Shown piece after piece: positions 26,446-32,000 of a DNA stretch of 32,000 bases. Under the pieces are notes generated by a model. The model was not told where the DNA came from, searched no databases, and saw only the letters and a program-made list of their open reading frames with translations. How positions within the stretch are numbered: the first letter of the stretch is position 1; each line of letters starts with the position of its first letter. A program made the translations under genes and the position numbers. The stretch is from Candidatus Paracaedimonas acanthamoebae (GTDB lineage: Bacteria > Pseudomonadota > Alphaproteobacteria > Caedimonadales > Caedimonadaceae). Where the stretch lies: the NCBI GenBank assembly GCA_000743035.1, contig CP008936.1, forward strand, positions 90,001 through 122,000, written 5' to 3'.

Positions 26446-28074
26446 ATGATTCAAAGTTTTTTAAACCCTAAAGGGATCAAAAAACTCATCGCTTTAACAC
26501 TTATTTTTGGGCTCTTAATGGGGAGTAACCTTCTAGTTTATACAATGGGGGGAACAAAGCTCGCTTATGTTCATGGATTTTATATTCCTATCATTATATC
26601 TGGAATAATTTTTTCTGTCCCTGGTGGTCTTATTACGGCTTTCTTTGCTTCATTACTGTCGGGGCCAATCATGCCTTTTGATGTTGCTTTGGAGATAGCT
26701 CAACCCTCTCAATCTTGGATGTTAAGAAGTCTATTTTTCTTTTTGGTTGGAGGACTTTCAGGCATTGGGGCTAAAATAGTTAAAGCTTATTTACAAGATC
26801 TTGAAAATCGTTTGATCACAGATTCTGTTACTCAGCTATTGAATAGTAGGGGGTTGATAGAAGAGTGGCATCACAATTTTATACCTAAACAAGGTATTAA
26901 TCCTTCTTTAGTGATTTTACGTATTCATGAGCTTTCTTCTATAGAAGCTATTTTAAACCCAGATGAAATGGATCAGCTATTTAATGATGTGGCGCGGGTT
27001 CTTAAAAATGTTGCTAAAGACTTAGGTGTCATCGCAACTTTAGAAGCAGGTACCTTTGCTCTTTTGTTGCATGAGTCAAAAAAAGTAAAAGAAATAATTG
27101 CGAAATGTCGACATGAACTAGGAAATGTTTTTACCATTAATGACATTCCGGTTTTTGTAAATATTTTTTATGGAATTGCAAAAATTCATAATATGAAAGA
27201 ATCTATTATCGCTTTTCTACATCGCGGTCGTATCGCGGCTGACAAGGCAATTCGGAATAATTTTGAAATTGCTTCTTTTGAAGTTGAAGATGAGACACAA
27301 CTTTTAAGAAATGCTAAAATCATCCACGATCTTAGTACTGCAATCTCCTCAACTGAATTAGAACTCTTTTACCAACCTCAAATTAAGCTTGAGACAGGAC
27401 GAGTTGAAAAGCTTGAGGCGCTTGTTCGGTGGCAACATCCTGAGTTGGGAATGATTTCTCCAAGCGAATTTATTCCTCTTGCTGAAGGAACTCTCTTAAT
27501 CAATCCTTTCACTAAATGGCTATTAGAGCAAACGCTTTGTCAATTGGCTTTTTGGTTAGAAAAAGGTCTTGATTTGCGCTTGTCAATTAATTTTTCAATG
27601 AAAAATTTCCACGATTCTACAATTTTTGACCTTATTCATAAGACACTTCAAAAATATAAAATTCCGGCACAAAAGCTTGAAATTGAAGTCACGGAGACGG
27701 CGTTTTCAGCCAATCTGCAGCAAGTTGCTGATGTGTTACATACTGTGCGAGAAATGGGTGTCCTTGTAGCGATTGATGATTTTGGGACAGGGCAGGCTTC
27801 TCTTCATTATTTATTAAAGTTACCCATTGATGTTATTAAGATCGATCAAGTCTTTACGCGTAATATGCTTAAAAATTCCGGTGCTGAAGCAATTGTGCGG
27901 AGTGCTATTCTACTTGGGCATGAGCTTAATCTTGAAGTGGTTGCTGAAGGTGTACAGAGTGAGGTTGAGTTGAGAAAATTGAAAGATCTAAAATGCGATT
28001 ATGGACAAGGTTTTTATCTTGCTGAGCCAATGTCGGCTAATCTTGTTTCACCTTGGTTATTAAAACGTGAGTAG
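26446..28074 (+). CDS. Membrane-anchored signalling protein with a degenerate GGDEF-like domain and an apparently intact EAL domain (putative c-di-GMP phosphodiesterase)
   Basis: About four N-terminal hydrophobic helices. The GGDEF position reads LEAGTF and DxLT..NRR reads DSVTQLLNSR. The EAL motifs are present: YQPQ, LEALVRW, SINFS, EIEVTE, IDDFGTGQASL, KIDQ, AEGVQ and GQGFYLAEP. The start is placed at ATG 26446, preceded by AGGGAAG; the track start at 26305 overlaps radC. Confidence 0.8.
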   Translation: MIQSFLNPKGIKKLIALTLIFGLLMGSNLLVYTMGGTKLAYVHGFYIPIIISGIIFSVPGGLITAFFASLLSGPIMPFDVALEIAQPSQSWMLRSLFFFLVGGLSGIGAKIVKAYLQDLENRLITDSVTQLLNSRGLIEEWHHNFIPKQGINPSLVILRIHELSSIEAILNPDEMDQLFNDVARVLKNVAKDLGVIATLEAGTFALLLHESKKVKEIIAKCRHELGNVFTINDIPVFVNIFYGIAKIHNMKESIIAFLHRGRIAADKAIRNNFEIASFEVEDETQLLRNAKIIHDLSTAISSTELELFYQPQIKLETGRVEKLEALVRWQHPELGMISPSEFIPLAEGTLLINPFTKWLLEQTLCQLAFWLEKGLDLRLSINFSMKNFHDSTIFDLIHKTLQKYKIPAQKLEIEVTETAFSANLQQVADVLHTVREMGVLVAIDDFGTGQASLHYLLKLPIDVIKIDQVFTRNMLKNSGAEAIVRSAILLGHELNLEVVAEGVQSEVELRKLKDLKCDYGQGFYLAEPMSANLVSPWLLKRE

Positions 28075-28229
28075 CTTCTCGTATTTCCGCTATAATTTTT
28101 TAAAGAGATGCGTATACTAGCAAAAATAAAATACACAGGAGCATTAAGATTCGAGCTTTAGGTTTTTTCTTAAGTTTATTCATTTCACGTGAATTATTTG
28201 CTAAATACCCGCTTCCGTGGCAAATAAAC

Positions 28230-28916
28230 TTGCAAGAGGCTGCCACGCCAGTCGCTCAACAGATTCACAGCCTCCATAACATGTTGTTGGTTATCATTAC
28301 ATGTGTTGCCCTAGCCGTCCTTTTTCTTCTAATTTATATTGTATTGAAGTTTCGTGCTAAAAAAAATCCTGTTCCTTCAAAAACAACTCATGATCCTATT
28401 CTAGAAGTTGTATGGACCTTAATTCCCGCTATTATTCTTTTAGGAATCGCCTTCCCTTCATTCAAGCTACTTTATTTTATGGATAGAACTTATGAACCTG
28501 AAATGACTCTTAAGGTTACGGGACATCAGTGGTATTGGAGTTATGAATATCCGGAAGCAAAAATATCCTTTGATAGTTATATGATTCAAGACATAGATTT
28601 AAAACCAGGTCAACAAAGGTTGCTTGAGGTTGATCATGAGGTGGTTGTCCCAATTGAAACAAATATTCGTATTTTAGTTACTTCTGCAGATGTTCTTCAT
28701 AGTTGGGCGATGCCTGCGCTAGGAATCAAGCAAGATACCATTCCAGGTCGGCTGAGAGAAACCTGGATGCGCATTTTGAAAAAAGGGACTTATTATGGTC
28801 AATGTTCTGAACTTTGTGGTATTAATCATGCTTTTATGCCGATTAAAATTAGGGCGGTTTCTAAGCAAGAGTATGAACAATGGCTTCACGACGCAAAACA
28901 AAAATTTGCAGACTAA
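28230..28916 (+). CDS. coxB: Cytochrome c oxidase subunit II (aa3-type). The N-terminus is uncertain and the gene may begin upstream, at ATT 28149.
   Basis: Two TM helices, the GHQWYWSYEY motif and the CuA site HSWAMP...CSELCGINHAFMP. The first canonical in-frame start is TTG 28230, but the frame is open from 28104 and encodes conserved-looking sequence. Confidence 0.85.
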   Translation: MQEAATPVAQQIHSLHNMLLVIITCVALAVLFLLIYIVLKFRAKKNPVPSKTTHDPILEVVWTLIPAIILLGIAFPSFKLLYFMDRTYEPEMTLKVTGHQWYWSYEYPEAKISFDSYMIQDIDLKPGQQRLLEVDHEVVVPIETNIRILVTSADVLHSWAMPALGIKQDTIPGRLRETWMRILKKGTYYGQCSELCGINHAFMPIKIRAVSKQEYEQWLHDAKQKFAD

Positions 28917-28939
28917 ATAGAAGATTAAGGTGATACATT

Positions 28940-30511
28940 ATGCATGAATTAGAGCATATTCCTCAAGGGTGGAAACGTTGGGTTTTTTCCACAAATCATA
29001 AGGATATAGGAACTCTCTACATTATATTTGCCATCATTGCAGGTTTTTTAGGGGCATTCTTATCCATTTTGATGCGTCTCCAGCTTGCGCAACCGGCAGG
29101 GACTCTCTTTATTGGGAATTATCAATTTTATAATGTTGTCATTACTGCACATGGTCTGCTTATGATCTTTTTTATGGTGATGCCGGCTTTGATTGGAGGA
29201 TTTGGTAATTGGTTTGTTCCTTTGCTGATTGGAGCACCTGACATGGCTTTTCCACGCCTAAACAATATAAGCTTTTGGTTGTTGGTACCCTCCTTAATTC
29301 TTTTAATTATGGGGATTTTTGTTGGTTCTGGAGCAGGTACAGGGTGGACAATTTATCCTCCGCTTAGCTCGTTATTAGGACACTCGGATGCCTCGGTAGA
29401 TTTTTTGCTTTTTGCACTCCATTTGTCTGGTGCTTCATCAATTCTAGGCGCCATCAATTTTATTACCACAATTTTTAACATGCGAGCGCCAGGAATGACG
29501 CTTCATAAGATGCCTTTGTTTGTGTGGTCTATGCTTGTCACGGCTTTCTTGTTATTACTGTCTGTACCTGTTTTGGCAGGCGGCATTACGATGTTAATTA
29601 CGGATCGAAATTTTGGGACGACATTTTTTGATCCTGCAGGTGGGGGGGACCCTGTTTTATTTCAGCATCTATTTTGGTTTTTTGGCCACCCAGAAGTTTA
29701 TATCATGATTTTGCCAGCTTTCGGTATTATTAGTCAGGTTATCTCGACATTTTCTAAAAAACCCATATTCGGTTATTTAGGGATGGTTTATGCAATGGTA
29801 TCCATAGGATTTATTGGTTTCGTGGTATGGGCGCATCATATGTTTACAGTAGGTCTTGATGTCAATACACGCGCTTATTTTACAGCAGCAACAATGATCA
29901 TTGCGGTACCAACGGGCATCAAAGTTTTTAGTTGGATAGCAACCATGTGGGGAGGATCCATTACGTTTCGCGTTCCTATGCTTTTTGCAATTGGGTTTAT
30001 TTTTGTTTTTACATTAGGTGGATTGACAGGCGTTGTGCTCTCCAATGCTGGCCTTGATGTGGTACTCCATGATACCTATTATGTGGTGGCTCATTTCCAT
30101 TATGTATTGTCAATGGGAGCATTGTTTGGAATATTTTGTGGATTCTATTATTGGTTTGGAAAGATGTCTGGGAGAGAGTTTCCTGAAATCTTAGGAAAAA
30201 TTCATTTTTGGCTTACTTTTGTAGGGGTTAATTTGTTATTTTTTCCAATGCACTTCTTAGGTTTAGCTGGAATGCCAAGACGTATCCCAGATTATCCGAC
30301 AGCGTATGCTGGCTGGAATAAGATTGCGTCTTATGGGGCTTATATAACTGCTTTTGCCACCCTCTTTTTTATTGTGAGCATTTTTTATGCTTTGCTGCGT
30401 GGAAGAAAAGCAGACGAAAATCCTTGGGGAGAGGGGGCTTCAACTTTAGAATGGACGGTCAGTTCGCCACCCCCTTTTCATACATTTGAAACGCTCCCGA
30501 CGGTTAAATAG
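28940..30511 (+). CDS. ctaD: Cytochrome c oxidase subunit I
   Basis: [29 protein letters not shown] and HHMFTVG...VVAHFHYV are heme-copper oxidase signatures. AAGGTGA lies upstream of the ATG. Confidence 0.95.
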   Translation: MHELEHIPQGWKRWVFSTNHKDIGTLYIIFAIIAGFLGAFLSILMRLQLAQPAGTLFIGNYQFYNVVITAHGLLMIFFMVMPALIGGFGNWFVPLLIGAPDMAFPRLNNISFWLLVPSLILLIMGIFVGSGAGTGWTIYPPLSSLLGHSDASVDFLLFALHLSGASSILGAINFITTIFNMRAPGMTLHKMPLFVWSMLVTAFLLLLSVPVLAGGITMLITDRNFGTTFFDPAGGGDPVLFQHLFWFFGHPEVYIMILPAFGIISQVISTFSKKPIFGYLGMVYAMVSIGFIGFVVWAHHMFTVGLDVNTRAYFTAATMIIAVPTGIKVFSWIATMWGGSITFRVPMLFAIGFIFVFTLGGLTGVVLSNAGLDVVLHDTYYVVAHFHYVLSMGALFGIFCGFYYWFGKMSGREFPEILGKIHFWLTFVGVNLLFFPMHFLGLAGMPRRIPDYPTAYAGWNKIASYGAYITAFATLFFIVSIFYALLRGRKADENPWGEGASTLEWTVSSPPPFHTFETLPTVK

Positions 30512-30514
30512 GCG

Positions 30515-31423
30515 ATGGCTTTTATCTCCGCAAAGATTTCACAGTTTTCAACGCATTCTGCAGACGCAACGATTAAAGATTTCATCGTGCTGCTTAAACC
30601 AGGTGTTATGTCCCTTGTGGTTTTCAGCGGATGGGTGGGAATTTACCTTGCACCCGGTGATTTACATCCATTTTTAATGGGGGTTGCTCTTTTAGCAATT
30701 GCTTTAGGATCTGGAGCTTCAGGAGCTCTTAATATGTGGTATGATCGTGATATTGATGCACTGATGAAAAGAACGCAAAATCGTCCTATTCCTGCAGGGA
30801 TTATAGCTTCGCAAGATGTTTTAACTTTTGGAATTATATTAGCCCTTTTTTCAATTGTGTTGATGGGGCTTTCAACCAATTATTTTGCAGCCATTTTATT
30901 AGCTTTTTCAATCTTTTTTTATGTCGTCATTTATACGATGATTCTCAAAAGAACAACAGTGTATAACATTGTTATTGGTGGGGCTGCGGGAGCATTTCCA
31001 CCTCTCATTGGATGGGTTGCAGCGACGGAAGCCATCAGCCTAGAAGCGGCCCTGTTGTTCCTTATCATTTTTTTGTGGACACCTCCTCATTTCTGGGCTT
31101 TGGCACTTACAAAAGTTGAAGATTATGGGCGAGCTAATATCCCAATGCTGCCTAATATTGCTGGCCCGCAGGCAACTAAAAAACAAATTCTAATTTATTC
31201 ATTGATGTTGGTGATATCTTCTTACCTTTTTTTCTGGTTTCCTCATTATGGTTGGGTTTATGGATTCATCTTAACAATCTTGAATTCTTTATGGCTATTT
31301 TTTACATTTAAGCTTTATTTTGATGTGCGGAATGTGGGCGCAATGCGATTCTTTGGCTTTTCTATAATCTATCTTTTTTTGCTTTTAGGTGCTTTAGTAT
31401 TAGATCATGGGTTGAGTCGATGA
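30515..31423 (+). CDS. ctaB: Protoheme IX farnesyltransferase (heme O synthase)
   Basis: UbiA-family motifs NMWYDRDIDALMKRTQNRP and WTPPHFWALAL. The gene is polytopic and sits immediately after ctaD. Confidence 0.9.
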   Translation: MAFISAKISQFSTHSADATIKDFIVLLKPGVMSLVVFSGWVGIYLAPGDLHPFLMGVALLAIALGSGASGALNMWYDRDIDALMKRTQNRPIPAGIIASQDVLTFGIILALFSIVLMGLSTNYFAAILLAFSIFFYVVIYTMILKRTTVYNIVIGGAAGAFPPLIGWVAATEAISLEAALLFLIIFLWTPPHFWALALTKVEDYGRANIPMLPNIAGPQATKKQILIYSLMLVISSYLFFWFPHYGWVYGFILTILNSLWLFFTFKLYFDVRNVGAMRFFGFSIIYLFLLLGALVLDHGLSR

Positions 31424-31551
31424 AGGGGAAAAAAACGACTGATCAACAAAACAAACAACGCGCTAAAAACATAGCTTTACTTATAGCCTTAATCTGTGTT
31501 GTAGGATTGTTTTATGGTCTTGCGATTGTGCGGATTAAATTTGGTCACTAA
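31420..31551 (+). CDS. Small (43 aa) single-pass membrane protein between ctaB and ctaG; absent from the ORF track
   Basis: ATG 31420 overlaps the ctaB TGA (ATGA). The translation is MKGKKTTDQQNKQRAKNIALLIALICVVGLFYGLAIVRIKFGH: a basic N-terminus followed by one TM helix. The stop TAA (31549-51) is followed directly by the ctaG ATG at 31552. Confidence 0.5.
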   Translation: MKGKKTTDQQNKQRAKNIALLIALICVVGLFYGLAIVRIKFGH

Positions 31552-32000
31552 ATGACATCCCGACGCAATAAGCGCACAGTTCTCTTTCTTTTAATGATTC
31601 TTTTTGTCATGACGGTTCTTGCCTTTGCCTCGGTCCCTCTTTATCGTCTTTTTTGCCAGCAAACAGGATATGGAGGGACGCCTCGCATTGCCTTAACGGG
31701 AGCAGATCGCATTATCGAACATTCTTTAACAATTCATTTTAATGCGGATATGAATGCCTCTCTTCCTTGGAAGTTTTTACCATTGCAACCAAAAATAACG
31801 GTAAAGGCTGGTGCTTTGGGGTTAGCTTATTATAAAGTGCATAATACCTCAGATGAGCCTCTTATTGGAATTGCGGTTTATAATGTGACGCCTGATAAAG
31901 CAGCTCCTTATTTTAATAAAATTGAATGTTTTTGTTTTGAAGAACAAAGGCTTGAACCTCGACAGACACTTGAGCTTCCTGTTCAATTTTATATTGATCC
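31552..32000 (+). CDS. ctaG: Cytochrome c oxidase assembly protein CtaG/Cox11 (copper chaperone); 3' end lies beyond the window
   Basis: My own translation gives MTSRRNKRTVLFLLMILFVMTVLAFASVPLYRLFCQQTGYGGTP...FNKIECFCFEEQ. It contains the Cox11 VPLYxxFCxxTGYGG and CFCF motifs. It is not in the ORF track because it is truncated by the window end. Confidence 0.85.
   Translation, partial: MTSRRNKRTVLFLLMILFVMTVLAFASVPLYRLFCQQTGYGGTPRIALTGADRIIEHSLTIHFNADMNASLPWKFLPLQPKITVKAGALGLAYYKVHNTSDEPLIGIAVYNVTPDKAAPYFNKIECFCFEEQRLEPRQTLELPVQFYID

Overview
This 32 kb window reads as a compact chromosomal segment of an AT-rich alphaproteobacterium. The evidence for that is an aa3-type coxB-ctaD-ctaB-small ORF-ctaG(Cox11) cluster, Coq7, a HIG1-like small membrane protein, a Cys-less L31 and a 668-aa ParE. 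A reduced-genome or intracellular lifestyle is only an inference, drawn from the tight packing and the many 4-nt start/stop overlaps. Product calls rest on motifs I recognise in the supplied translations; no database search was possible.

Left to right the window holds:
- an ORF-poor, relatively GC-rich block with a 286-bp tandem repeat (1-1125)
- yqgE, dsbD, rpmE, a class I aldolase and tRNA-Pro(GGG)
- a markedly AT-rich orphan gene for a secreted protein
- a co-directional fatty-acid uptake and beta-oxidation block: fadL, fadD, fadA, a FadN-type dehydrogenase/hydratase, fadE, a thioesterase, an SDR and a secreted serine hydrolase
- parE, a HIG1-like gene plus a PduO-type adenosyltransferase, and the yqaA-dsbB-coq7 operon
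- a locus of broken or small ORFs, tRNA-Leu(CAA), rdgB-hemW, radC and a membrane-anchored degenerate-GGDEF/EAL protein
- the cytochrome oxidase cluster, which runs off the right edge

I see no CRISPR array, transposase, integrase, phage module or recognisable multi-gene defence system. The parts that ordinary annotation does not explain are:
- the repeat-bearing non-coding block at the left edge
- the AT-rich orphan with a Cys-His-Asp arrangement
- the fragmented secreted-protein locus at 22.7-23.6 kb
- the missing canonical start codon for the conserved N-terminus of CoxB
- a 43-aa membrane ORF between ctaB and ctaG that the ORF track missed
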